Translations under genes and position numbers: made by a program
The notes under the pieces: model-generated
What the model was told of the DNA's origin: nothing
The model's input: only the letters and a program-made list of their open reading frames with translations
Database searches by the model: none
Shown here: one piece after another, positions 8,963 through 17,723 of the stretch
How positions within the stretch are numbered: position 1 is the stretch's first letter
Layout: each line of letters begins with the position of its first letter
DNA from: a virus
Taxonomy: Duplodnaviria > Caudoviricetes
DNA length: 29,717 nt
Direction: 5' to 3' (one strand)
IMG/VR virus record: IMGVR_UViG_3300007778_000025
Coordinates: 1 to 29,717 of that record

Positions 8963-10556
8963 TCGCTAGCTCCTCCATAGATTGAGCAATAGCTACTTGG
9001 AAAACTTCAGGGGTGCCTGTCAGTTCAAACTCCCAATCCCTAGCTGATACAGCTGGCAAACGGAATGGAAACCTTGAGTCTACTGTCTGTGTATGAATAA
9101 GATTACCGTCAGCGTATATTTTAGCTGTAACTGGGTAGCTTTCAGCTTCAACCTGCATACATGACATACCTAACACGCGAGGGAGCGAAAACTTCTTAGA
9201 CTTCCACTGGTACGCTACGGCACTGCCTGTACCCCACGGGAGAACAGCTCCGGCTGAACTAGCTAAGTAAAGGACATCAGCACGCATGTCATGGTAACCA
9301 ACTTCATAGTAAAAGTTGTTGAGAGTAAGCTGCTGCGTACTAAAGTCGTAAACAAACGAACCTTGTTTAGTACCTGTATCATAAAACGCTACGTACTTCA
9401 TGTCAGTATGGAAGCCGACAATGGACGCGGGGTTAAACGCTGCACGCCACTGTTCGGGAGTATAGCTATCCACAGTTATCATGCGTGATCCGCTTGAACT
9501 AAGTGACATAAGGCCATCAGGCGAAGCATACACTACGGTGTTATTGAAGCTGACAATGCTACGTTTAGAAAGGCAGGATTGCTCCATATCAGAACGAACA
9601 ACCACCATGGAATCAGGATGTGAACCTTGGATAAAGTATGGCGTACCCTTAGTTAATACAACCAAGGTCGTGTCTATAACGCCAAGTCCTACAACAGGAT
9701 AATCTAGTGTTTGGCGGTAAGCATCTGGCCATGCATGAGGCACATAAGGCTCGCAGAAAAATACATCGCGCCCATCAAAACCAGCCATCACGCCGTTTGG
9801 TAAGTTAATTAAGCCCTTCAGCGTGTCGGGGGGTTCTAGCCAGTCCAAAGACGGGATAACTTCACCGAGCAATTCTGGATCAACAGTGTCAGTAGTGCCG
9901 CCTAGTGCGCTAGCGTAGGTTACTTCTTTTACGAACAAAAACGTGCCGTCAACCGCACGGTAATAACGAACGTGCGTTGCGTTATACCCCGAAGAAATAG
10001 TACCAACGCTACCTAAAATGGCGTTCTGGCCGGGGTAAATATCTACAGTGCCAGAGGCCGGAGCGGGGGCAGACTCAATACTGCGACTTCCTACTTTGTA
10101 TACATATGTGTAAGTGTATACACGCGTCTCGGCGACTAGCTGATCAACATCTGCAGGGGGAACGCCGGGAGTTGCTGATATCGGAGTTGCTGGAGCTGCG
10201 ATGCCTAAATGAATTGGAGAGCCTGTGGCACCAGCACGGATAGCTTTGGGATACCCATCGCCCGTATAGAATGTCCACTCTTCAGTATCACCTGCGATCT
10301 GGCTACGACAAACATCTACGTCTGTGCTCCAAGAGAGCCACCCAGTAGCAGGATTATCAACGTCCTGACCAAACTTGTAGATCGTCTGTTTATTAGTGCC
10401 TACAGAAGCAACTTGAGAACCCAAAGCCTTAATAGGCTTCAAACTACCGCTAAACACGTCACTATTATCCGCAATCTGTGCTTGAGAGTCTTTTAGATAC
10501 CGCGCTGGAATTTTCGGAGAAATGCCATCGAAAGAGCGAATGTTTAAAGCGACCAT
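8955..10556 (-). CDS. Tail nozzle/stabilization protein (podovirus, beta-propeller type)
   Basis: F.GISPKIPARYL..SQAQIA.N N-terminus, FCEPYVPHAWP, QSCLSKRSIV, VVYASPDGL and YQWKSKKF. Size and position fit a P22 gp10/T7 gp12 analogue. Confidence 0.75.
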   Translation of the reverse strand: MVALNIRSFDGISPKIPARYLKDSQAQIADNSDVFSGSLKPIKALGSQVASVGTNKQTIYKFGQDVDNPATGWLSWSTDVDVCRSQIAGDTEEWTFYTGDGYPKAIRAGATGSPIHLGIAAPATPISATPGVPPADVDQLVAETRVYTYTYVYKVGSRSIESAPAPASGTVDIYPGQNAILGSVGTISSGYNATHVRYYRAVDGTFLFVKEVTYASALGGTTDTVDPELLGEVIPSLDWLEPPDTLKGLINLPNGVMAGFDGRDVFFCEPYVPHAWPDAYRQTLDYPVVGLGVIDTTLVVLTKGTPYFIQGSHPDSMVVVRSDMEQSCLSKRSIVSFNNTVVYASPDGLMSLSSSGSRMITVDSYTPEQWRAAFNPASIVGFHTDMKYVAFYDTGTKQGSFVYDFSTQQLTLNNFYYEVGYHDMRADVLYLASSAGAVLPWGTGSAVAYQWKSKKFSLPRVLGMSCMQVEAESYPVTAKIYADGNLIHTQTVDSRFPFRLPAVSARDWEFELTGTPEVFQVAIAQSMEELANV

Positions 10557-10618
10557 GTGAATACCCTAAATGTAGTTCTTATTCAGTATATTACAGTAGT
10601 ACTCAGGCCGCTAGGAAG

Positions 10619-10640
10619 AAAAAACTCCTAGTTTCCTAGG
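10619..10640 (-). terminator. Putative intrinsic terminator after the lysis cassette
   Basis: Minus strand CCTAG-GAAA-CTAGG-AG-TTTTTT (5-bp stem, GNRA loop, U6). Confidence 0.5.
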
Positions 10641-10677
10641 GGAATATCATGAAATATAAGGAGTATAACTAAAATGC

Positions 10678-10700
10678 TAGTCAGTCAGGGGAACTGACTA
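10678..10700 (-). terminator. 8-bp hairpin downstream of the lysozyme, possible terminator
   Basis: Minus strand TAGTCAGT-TCCCCTG-ACTGACTA followed by GCATTTT. Confidence 0.45.
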
Positions 10701-10721
10701 TTATAAGCTTAGTACACTCTA

Positions 10722-11144
10722 TCAAATATGCCACTCGTCAGTAGCCATCATTTTAGCTAACCTAACAGCCCGTATACCTACTTGTTTGGCCCATCGAGAG
10801 TCAAGCATCTCAGCAGCGGCTTCCATGTAATCGCCAATCTCAAGTGCCGTGAGCATCTTCTGGAACTGCATGAGACGACTAATGCCGAGATTAAAGCACA
10901 TATCTATTAGTACGTCTTGGCGAGTCTCAGAAAGTCTTCTAAAGCAAGGAACAGACTGAAGTAATTCTGCCTGTACTCGCATAAGGTCGTTGCGCAGCAG
11001 GAAATCTATCTCGCCATCTGTTAGCCCTAGATCTTCAAGGTTGCGCCCTACACCAATAGTAAGCTTGCCGGATGAACACTCGTACACATGATGTCGCTTA
11101 CCCTCATGGAGGATAAGCATGTCAATTAATCGTCTATCGCTCAT
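10722..11144 (-). CDS. Endolysin, GH24/T4-lysozyme-like muramidase
   Basis: HEGKRHHVYECSSGKLTIGVGRNL gives the E-x8-C-x5-T triad. Also DMCFNLG and AAAEMLDSRWAKQVG.RA.RLA. Confidence 0.95.
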   Translation of the reverse strand: MSDRRLIDMLILHEGKRHHVYECSSGKLTIGVGRNLEDLGLTDGEIDFLLRNDLMRVQAELLQSVPCFRRLSETRQDVLIDMCFNLGISRLMQFQKMLTALEIGDYMEAAAEMLDSRWAKQVGIRAVRLAKMMATDEWHI

Positions 11145-11539
11145 TTTGATCTCGCCACTCCTTTGACTTTTTCATATCCTCTGATACCTCCAAGACCCAG
11201 CATACCCAGAAGCACAGGAAGCATGACGTCCATATCAAGAGGAGTAGGTACAGGCACATCTAAAAATATACTACATACATAGTTGGCAATAGGTAACACA
11301 ATATAATTAAAAGCAAGTGCAGAAGCACACACCCAGCCCGTAAAGGGCCGCCATCCGGCGACAAACATCGATGGATTGCTAGCTTCAGCTTTGTTAGTTT
11401 CGATTTGAAGTTTTGCCAGCTCATGGGCTTGTCTCTCTGCCAGTGTTGCTATCTCATGGGCTAATTTAGCTGCCTCTGTCTTATCAGGGATAACCTTGTT
11501 AAGTAGTGGAGTTATTGCACCGATAAGTAATTCGATCAT
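11141..11539 (-). CDS. Holin, GTA 3TM family
   Basis: NKAEASNPSMFVAGWRPFTGWVC...LLGMLGLGGIRGYEKVKGV. Start moved to ATG 11539 (AGGAG SD; ATGA overlap). Confidence 0.9.
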   Translation of the reverse strand: MIELLIGAITPLLNKVIPDKTEAAKLAHEIATLAERQAHELAKLQIETNKAEASNPSMFVAGWRPFTGWVCASALAFNYIVLPIANYVCSIFLDVPVPTPLDMDVMLPVLLGMLGLGGIRGYEKVKGVARSK

Positions 11540-11727
11540 AGTAGACTCCTGATATCCACCAAAAGGACAATAGTTAGCCCTAACACCGCTATTGAACAAA
11601 TAACCGCAATACCTAACGCAAGACATAACTTAACTTGACGCCCTGCCCGTTGGTCTTGTAGCTCTAGGCTCGTAGCAATACTACTTAACACTCTTAAGAG
11701 ACCACGGTATTCTTCGCTATTGTTCAT
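11536..11727 (-). CDS. Small membrane protein of the lysis cassette
   Basis: Long hydrophobic stretch LCLALGIAVICSIAVLGLTIVLLV. Overlaps both neighbours by 4 nt. Confidence 0.6.
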   Translation of the reverse strand: MNNSEEYRGLLRVLSSIATSLELQDQRAGRQVKLCLALGIAVICSIAVLGLTIVLLVDIRSLL

Positions 11728-12140
11728 AGCCCGCCTTTAGCTGTGAAGTACCAGACTAAAACCGTACTAACTAAACCGCTCACCCATGCCACTACGGTTT
11801 TTTTGTTGCTTACTAGGTCGTTGGTTTTTAGACTGTTTTCAAGAAAGGCCGAGTTCAGCTTGGCAGTGATATCTTCTAAGGTATCAATCCTTAGAAGAGC
11901 ACGATCTAACATCATGGAAGTCATGTGGGCATCTTTGGCAGATTCAATCAGCTTAATGTGCTCGGCATAACCTGCCTCCATCTTCTTCTCCATGACCACG
12001 ACACGCTGATTCATAGATAGCAGTTTTTCTTCGGTGCGAGCAAGAGTCTCTAGAGCATCAGCAACCTTATCAAGCTTTAGCTCAATACGATCAAGTCGTC
12101 TATCAGATTCGAATCTGTATTGTGCCCTATCCTGATCCAT
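11724..12140 (-). CDS. Coiled-coil protein with C-terminal transmembrane helix (lysis accessory)
   Basis: RLDRIELKLDKVADALETLARTEEK heptads and TM VVAWVSGLVSTVLVWYF. Start is ATG 12140 or GTG 12152. Confidence 0.7.
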   Translation of the reverse strand: MDQDRAQYRFESDRRLDRIELKLDKVADALETLARTEEKLLSMNQRVVVMEKKMEAGYAEHIKLIESAKDAHMTSMMLDRALLRIDTLEDITAKLNSAFLENSLKTNDLVSNKKTVVAWVSGLVSTVLVWYFTAKGGL

Positions 12141-12167
12141 GGCTCTGCCCACGCTAATTGCTTAAAT

Positions 12168-12196
12168 ATTATACAGCTTTGTAACAATACTAGCAA
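12168..12196 (-). promoter_or_regulatory. Sigma70-like promoter for the lysis cassette
   Basis: TTGCTA (12196-12191), 17-nt spacer, TATAAT (12173-12168), in an intergenic gap. Confidence 0.7.
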
Positions 12197-12203
12197 TCAG
12201 AGC

Positions 12204-14963
12204 CTATGTATTTTCCAACGTCGTTAGCCTAGCATCTAGCTCTTTGATAGCGTTTACGACAATAGGATAAGTTTTCATCGGATCAGCTTCCCACTTCTCG
12301 GGATTGTCTTTGTGGACTAGGCGGGTATACGGATGTGACTGCCATTTCTCTTCCACAGCATCAAGTTCTTGAGCAATGAAACCAATGTCAACCTTACCTT
12401 CCATTGATCCGTCACGGCGTTTCCATGTGAACTTAACAGGACGTAGATCCTTGATGAAATCAACACCATATGGGATATCTTCAATTTCATCTTTATCACG
12501 TTCATCGGATAGTGAAGAAATAGTTGTATCGTTACAACGAAGGTTAGTAACTGAAGAGTTGCCTAATGTGATTTCGTTAGAAGCAGCGGTAGAACTTGGT
12601 ACAGCAGCATAACCTAAAAGTGTATTATTGCTGCCTGTCGTTAAGTTACTACCCCCACTACAATATCCAACAGAGGTATTGTGAGAGCCTGTTGTGCCGT
12701 AATTAGCAGCATACCCACCTAAAGCTGTGTTGCCATCTCCTGTTGTATTAGCATAACCAAGAGCACTAAAACCTAAGGCAGTGTTAAGGCAGCCAGTAGT
12801 GTTATTAGCCATAGCAAGTTTGCCAATCGCAGTATTCCACCTACCGGTAGTATTACTGTTAGAAGCAAGCATACCAACTGCGGTATTTTGATCGCCCGTA
12901 GTATTAGCACGTAACGCACAAGTACCTAAGGCAGTGTTATCACACCCTGTTGTGTTACTGAAAAGAGAACCGTAACCTACAGCAACGTTGCTAGAGCCTG
13001 TAGTTAAACTTGCTAGAGCATCAGTACCAGCCACAGTGTTAAAACTTGCATCGGATTCAACTCCACCGCCAGCGGCAGCTAGTGTTATTTTAGATCCATC
13101 ATAAGTAAGTACATCACCAGTAGTGGCACCGGACTGTAAGCCCGGAATTCTTAAACTAGTAATACTAGTATTACCCAGTGTGATTTCATTAGATACTGCA
13201 GCAGCGCTAGGTAACGCATTGTAACCTAAAGCTATATTATTAGAGCCTGTGTATGTTGTAGTACCACTACATGCCGCTGCTGCACCTATGTACGTGTTAT
13301 TGGCAGCGGCACTACCTCTAGACCTACCAGTGTTTGCGCCAATAGATATATTATTTGTGCCAGTAGTACTAGGGAAAACACTTGGCCCTGCGCACTTACC
13401 AATAGCGACGTTACACGATCCATTGTCACCGGAGCTTGCGCCGTTTCCTAAAATTACGTTGTAAGCGCCAGAAATAATTCCATAGCCTGCTTGGTAACCT
13501 AGACCGATATTATCGCTACCCGAAGTAACGTTACACAAGCTCCACAAGCCTAGCGCAACGTTGTCCCAACTAGTAGTAGCAGCACACAATGCTTGATAGC
13601 CAATAGCTATTTGGTCACCGCCCCCATTCTGATTTAAGAGTGCTCCACAGCCAATAGCTACGTGCCAATCACTAGTTGTATTGTTCCTTAGTGCGCATTC
13701 TCCTAGAGCTACGTGGCCATCACCTGTCGTATTACTGTAAAGAGCACAAGTACCTACTGCGGTGTTACTAGATGCTGTATTGGCCCGCAACGCTTGGTAG
13801 CCTACAGAAGTATTGTTATTACCTCCCGCATTACACCTCAATGTGCTCAGTCCTATTGCGGTATTTCGTGACCCAGTAGTGCTTCCATATAGAGAAGCAA
13901 GGCCAACAGCAGTATTACTATTACCGGTTATATTGCTGGACATACTCACATAACCAAGCGCTACATTATTATAACCTGTTGTATTAGCTATAGATGACTT
14001 AAATCCTATCGAAACGTTGTTATTCCCGTAAGTATTAGCACTAAGAACACATTGACCTATAGCCACTGTACTACTACCAAAATTGCCATCATTGCTCATA
14101 ACACATTCACCGATGGCTACTGTTCCATTGGCAGATGGACTACCACATAAAGCGTTATAGCCTATAGCAACAATTCCATAAGAGGTATGTGCCTTTCCAG
14201 CAAAAGCTCCTATTGCGGTATTTCTTTCGTCTATTGTATTAGAATAAAGAGCGCAAGTACCGACAGCAGTATTATTACTACCAGTTGTGTTATTACGAAG
14301 CGAATTAGTACCAACAGCAACAGAATCACTACCTGTTGTATTAGATCTACTAGCTCCATATCCTATAGCAATATGGTTATTTCCGCTGGTATTAGAAAAA
14401 AGAGAAGATGGCCCTAGAGCAGTATTAAAATTTCCAAGTGTGTTAAATCTAAGAGCGTTATGCCCGATTGCAGTGCTGTACGCGCCAGTTGTAGTAGCTC
14501 TAGCGGCATTTACCCCAATTCCTAGATTATAACTACTTAAACTAGCATTTAACGCACCATATCCTACAGAAATATTGCCATAGGTATTTGCAGAAAAGAA
14601 AGAAGCCCTACTACCAACAGCAACGTTTCGTCTTCCTGTAGTATTACAGTATAAAGCATATGATCCTATTGCAACGTTATCAGCACCTGTTGTATTGCTA
14701 TAGAGCGATTGGGGCCCTATAGCAGTGTTATTAATACCAGTCGTGTTATTACGAAGCGAATTAGTACCAACAGCTACGTTGCTATAACCTGTTGTGTTAC
14801 TAGTAAGAGCATCGGTACCAGCGGCTACGTTACACAGTGTAACGTCAGATTTATACTCCAAAGAAGTTTCGACAGCGCTTTTAGTAGTAGCGTCCACAGA
14901 AGCTACGTTTTGCAAGTCGCAACTATCGCCTATAACAGTAGTACCTTGGATTTTGATAGCCAT
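12204..14963 (-). CDS. Cys-rich beta-solenoid fibre/spike with C-terminal Peptidase S74 chaperone (919 aa)
   Basis: Many approximately 17-aa NTTGxxNxA[VIL]GxxAL repeats. C-term SDERDKDEIEDI..GVDFI..LRPVKFTW...GFIAQE...AIKEL (about 12204-12509). Confidence 0.9.
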   Translation of the reverse strand: MAIKIQGTTVIGDSCDLQNVASVDATTKSAVETSLEYKSDVTLCNVAAGTDALTSNTTGYSNVAVGTNSLRNNTTGINNTAIGPQSLYSNTTGADNVAIGSYALYCNTTGRRNVAVGSRASFFSANTYGNISVGYGALNASLSSYNLGIGVNAARATTTGAYSTAIGHNALRFNTLGNFNTALGPSSLFSNTSGNNHIAIGYGASRSNTTGSDSVAVGTNSLRNNTTGSNNTAVGTCALYSNTIDERNTAIGAFAGKAHTSYGIVAIGYNALCGSPSANGTVAIGECVMSNDGNFGSSTVAIGQCVLSANTYGNNNVSIGFKSSIANTTGYNNVALGYVSMSSNITGNSNTAVGLASLYGSTTGSRNTAIGLSTLRCNAGGNNNTSVGYQALRANTASSNTAVGTCALYSNTTGDGHVALGECALRNNTTSDWHVAIGCGALLNQNGGGDQIAIGYQALCAATTSWDNVALGLWSLCNVTSGSDNIGLGYQAGYGIISGAYNVILGNGASSGDNGSCNVAIGKCAGPSVFPSTTGTNNISIGANTGRSRGSAAANNTYIGAAAACSGTTTYTGSNNIALGYNALPSAAAVSNEITLGNTSITSLRIPGLQSGATTGDVLTYDGSKITLAAAGGGVESDASFNTVAGTDALASLTTGSSNVAVGYGSLFSNTTGCDNTALGTCALRANTTGDQNTAVGMLASNSNTTGRWNTAIGKLAMANNTTGCLNTALGFSALGYANTTGDGNTALGGYAANYGTTGSHNTSVGYCSGGSNLTTGSNNTLLGYAAVPSSTAASNEITLGNSSVTNLRCNDTTISSLSDERDKDEIEDIPYGVDFIKDLRPVKFTWKRRDGSMEGKVDIGFIAQELDAVEEKWQSHPYTRLVHKDNPEKWEADPMKTYPIVVNAIKELDARLTTLENT
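14287..14774. repeat. Exact 32-bp direct repeat in the 919-aa fibre gene
   Basis: gtgttattacgaagcgaattagtaccaacagc at 14287-14318 and 14743-14774, 456 bp apart and in frame. Confidence 0.9.
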
Positions 14964-14971
14964 AATAACCT

Positions 14972-15349
14972 CTAGGTGTATTCTTTCTCTTCAACTAGCG
15001 TTGAGTTTAGTAAAACGTTAATCTCGCGCTTGAATGCGGCGCGGCGGTCGTTGGTTTTATACACAGACCGTGCTAACGCAATAAAATCGTCGTCAAACTC
15101 GTTGAGTTTTTCTTTTATGCGTATCGCGTCTTCTATATCCCAAAGCTGCTGATTCACAAGGGATAATCCTTGTAGAGGCTCTGCTATGAGGTGCTTATCT
15201 AATTCTATACCTTCAACAATATTTAGCAAGCAAGTCAGCTCATTACGAACGTTAGCAAGCTTAATAGGGTCTGTAATTTTATCGAGCTTAATTTCTAGAA
15301 TTGTTATCTTATCTAGAAGCTCACCAATGCTAACGGGGGCGCTAATCAT
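14972..15349 (-). CDS. DUF6165-like helical protein
   Basis: APVSIGELLDKITILEIK...VNQQLWDIEDAIR...FIALARSVYKTNDRRAAFKREIN...EEKEY. Start moved to ATG 15349, which overlaps the upstream stop. Confidence 0.85.
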   Translation of the reverse strand: MISAPVSIGELLDKITILEIKLDKITDPIKLANVRNELTCLLNIVEGIELDKHLIAEPLQGLSLVNQQLWDIEDAIRIKEKLNEFDDDFIALARSVYKTNDRRAAFKREINVLLNSTLVEEKEYT

Positions 15350-16250
15350 TGTGGGGTACACTCGGCACAGAGAAAGGCTTACCCATAATATGTTCATCAA
15401 AGAACTGCACTAACACATCCGGCGTTATCATTATGTTTCTAGGGTCATTAATATCAACAGGTGTAAAGTCGTTAGCATGTTTCATAGCGTATGAAAGATT
15501 CTGGTTGTGCGACCAACCAAACTGGTTCCAACGGGTATTCCCCCAAACAACAACACCGCTAACGCCTGTACCTGCACAAAAATGCTGTAAACACGAATCA
15601 ATACTAATAAACCCTGAACTACCTTTAGATAACTCATACACAACAGGCCAAGGCATATCGCACTTAATAGCTTGGGGGTATGCAGCTTCATTTGGCAGTG
15701 TGCAGTCGATAATCGCTACATCAGGGTATTTTTCTTTCAACATAGCCACCAACATATTGGCGAAATACGGAGGGTAATTCCTAGCTATGTTAGAACTTGT
15801 ATAGGGGTTAGCAGGGTTAAATCCGATTGGAGACTGCCCACCAGTCAATTGCACCATGATGTAATCGCCCGTTACGCCGACATCACTAAGCCACTTGCTA
15901 GCCGTATCTGCTAGGTGATCAGTGTAGACTTCGGGTGTCATATCAGTACTAAATTCAACGCCTAGTAAATCACAGTAGCTTTTAAGTAAGTGATCTTTCC
16001 CGCGAACAAACAAACTTTTGTAAGGCTCTACATAAACAATGTCATCAGACGCTAAGATACGAGGGTCATCTAGCATAATAGATCCCATATCGAACGCCAT
16101 CTTGACGTGGGGGTTATTTGCGTAGACGTCTACATAAGGAGTGTGAATTTGCACAGGTTCGCCGTTCTTTTCTGCGAGTTTGGGTAATAGCGAAGTAAAT
16201 GCTACTTGTTTGCCAATACCACCTTCTACTACATATGTTACTAGCGCCAT
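15342..16250 (-). CDS. GT-B fold glycosyltransferase, GT9 (heptosyltransferase)-like
   Basis: N-term YVVEGGIGKQVAFT and C-term FISIDSCLQHFCAGTG..GVVVWGNT...FGW. Start at ATG 16250 after AAGGA. Confidence 0.8.
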   Translation of the reverse strand: MALVTYVVEGGIGKQVAFTSLLPKLAEKNGEPVQIHTPYVDVYANNPHVKMAFDMGSIMLDDPRILASDDIVYVEPYKSLFVRGKDHLLKSYCDLLGVEFSTDMTPEVYTDHLADTASKWLSDVGVTGDYIMVQLTGGQSPIGFNPANPYTSSNIARNYPPYFANMLVAMLKEKYPDVAIIDCTLPNEAAYPQAIKCDMPWPVVYELSKGSSGFISIDSCLQHFCAGTGVSGVVVWGNTRWNQFGWSHNQNLSYAMKHANDFTPVDINDPRNIMITPDVLVQFFDEHIMGKPFSVPSVPHND

Positions 16251-16252
16251 AG

Positions 16253-17074
16253 TTAATTTCCTTGTATCCAATTAAGGGTAGACTTATCAATAGCCTCCCA
16301 AACATTTAGTTGCTTATATTGTTGCCACAAATCATCTGGTATAACCCGTGGCTGTTTTTTATACTCTACTTTGCGTCGGGTGGTATGTAGCCCATCAATT
16401 TTAGCGGCGTCATCAAACTCATCGTATGACGACTCCACGTTATTAAAATCGTGTTGGTAAAACGGTTCACCTAAAAACTCATACACAATCCGCATAACAT
16501 CTGCAGGATAATTAACTAGCGTGCCGTAGGTTATATACAACATGTTGTCTTTGTGGCGACTAACAAAACTAGACGCTAAGTTAACTAGCGGGCCTTTTAC
16601 GTACCCTGCAAGGTCAGTCTCACCCGCTAAAATAGCGCAGCGCTCATAGACGTTAGCGGTATCTCTATGGTGGTACAAAGGCTTAATTGTGAGTGGGTTT
16701 TTTAGATGGAGATGTTCAAAGGAGTTTAAGATATGAGGTACATCGCGTACCAGTACTATCATACGAAAATCAGGATACAAATTGTGTAGCAGCTCTGTAT
16801 CAGCTCACCACCCACGGTTAGTATTAAAGCAGACGTCCGGGCCATCAGCATAAAAGCTATCAAACAACGCACGCATTAACTGCTTGCGCTTTTCAATAGG
16901 GACTAGCGATCCCACACCAACAGAAGATTCAGTATCTCGGATAATAGAGTGGCAATATGCATGTAGTGGGTCTGAAATACTCGCCTTAAATTGAGGGTTC
17001 TGATTTAAAATAGCAGTAAGTAGTGTAGACCCAGAGCGTGGTAGTCCAGAAATAAACCTATATTTCTTCGTCAT
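16253..17074 (-). CDS. Sulfotransferase (273 codons) interrupted by one in-frame TGA at codon 90 (16807-16805); recoded gene, pseudogene or sequence error
   Basis: The two track ORFs 16805..17092 and 16253..16780 share a frame: ...FNTNRGW*ADTELLHNLYPDFRMIVLVRD... The 5'-PSB motif ISGLPRSGSTLL precedes the stop and the 3'-PB-like VRD.....S follows it. Confidence 0.85.
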
Positions 17075-17723
17075 TAGAAGTAACCTGCGCAATCCATGGC
17101 TGAAAGTTACCGATCCAACGTTTTTCTCCGCTATGCGCAGAGTCGATTGTAGGGTCTATATAAACTTTACCGCCAAGAGCTTTCCATTTTGCGCAGAAAA
17201 TAACGTCTTCAGAGTGTAGCTTTCCATCAACAATACCAATGTTAAATACCATGCGGCATGTCTTATTGTCTTCTGAATATTCTTCAGAGTCGTCCCACAG
17301 TTGCTGCAAAGCATCTTTGGTAACCCGTAAAAAACCTGTCCCTACGGAGTCTACTTCCACTAAGCCATTGTCCAAAACTTTATAAGGTTTGGAAACTAAC
17401 TTAATGTTGTATGTAGGAACGTCAGATTTTTTTGGTACAGGGCATCCAACGACGTCAACATCGTGAGATAAAAGCTTAAAGAAGTCTTGGGGGTTCCAAT
17501 CTTGGTCAGTATCAATAAACACCAAGTCGTCTACACCCGTTTTTAGCGCAAGCTGTACAATGTCATTACGAGCACGCTGAACAAGGCTATCAAACGACAT
17601 ATAGATAGGGATAATATTAACCCCATTCTGTATACCGATTTTAGCTGTTTCCGATAAAGCGCACGCGTGCCAAACACCAACAGTGCCGTCGTAAGACGGC
17701 GCTGCTAACATTACGGTACGCAT
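17058..17723 (-). CDS. GT-A fold glycosyltransferase (GT2-like)
   Basis: SLVQRARN, DxD motif FIDTD, VGTGFL, and SEDVIFC..W...GGKVYIDPTI...HSG. Confidence 0.85.
   Translation of the reverse strand: MRTVMLAAPSYDGTVGVWHACALSETAKIGIQNGVNIIPIYMSFDSLVQRARNDIVQLALKTGVDDLVFIDTDQDWNPQDFFKLLSHDVDVVGCPVPKKSDVPTYNIKLVSKPYKVLDNGLVEVDSVGTGFLRVTKDALQQLWDDSEEYSEDNKTCRMVFNIGIVDGKLHSEDVIFCAKWKALGGKVYIDPTIDSAHSGEKRWIGNFQPWIAQVTSNDEEI

Noticed and set aside
11060-11110. Inactive lysozyme because Cys replaces the catalytic Asp
   Set aside because: E-x8-C-x5-T is a known active variant of the GH24 triad.
16253-16780. Independent 175-aa gene starting at TTG 16780
   Set aside because: It has no clear SD and is the in-frame C-terminal part of the sulfotransferase.
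16805-16807. Genome-wide TGA reassignment (code 4 or 25)
   Set aside because: TGA terminates other genes at natural ends, including ATGA overlaps at 2849, 11141 and 11536.
15342-17723. DNA-hypermodification glycosyltransferases
   Set aside because: No hydroxymethylase or replication genes are nearby and the context is purely structural. Disfavoured but not excluded.
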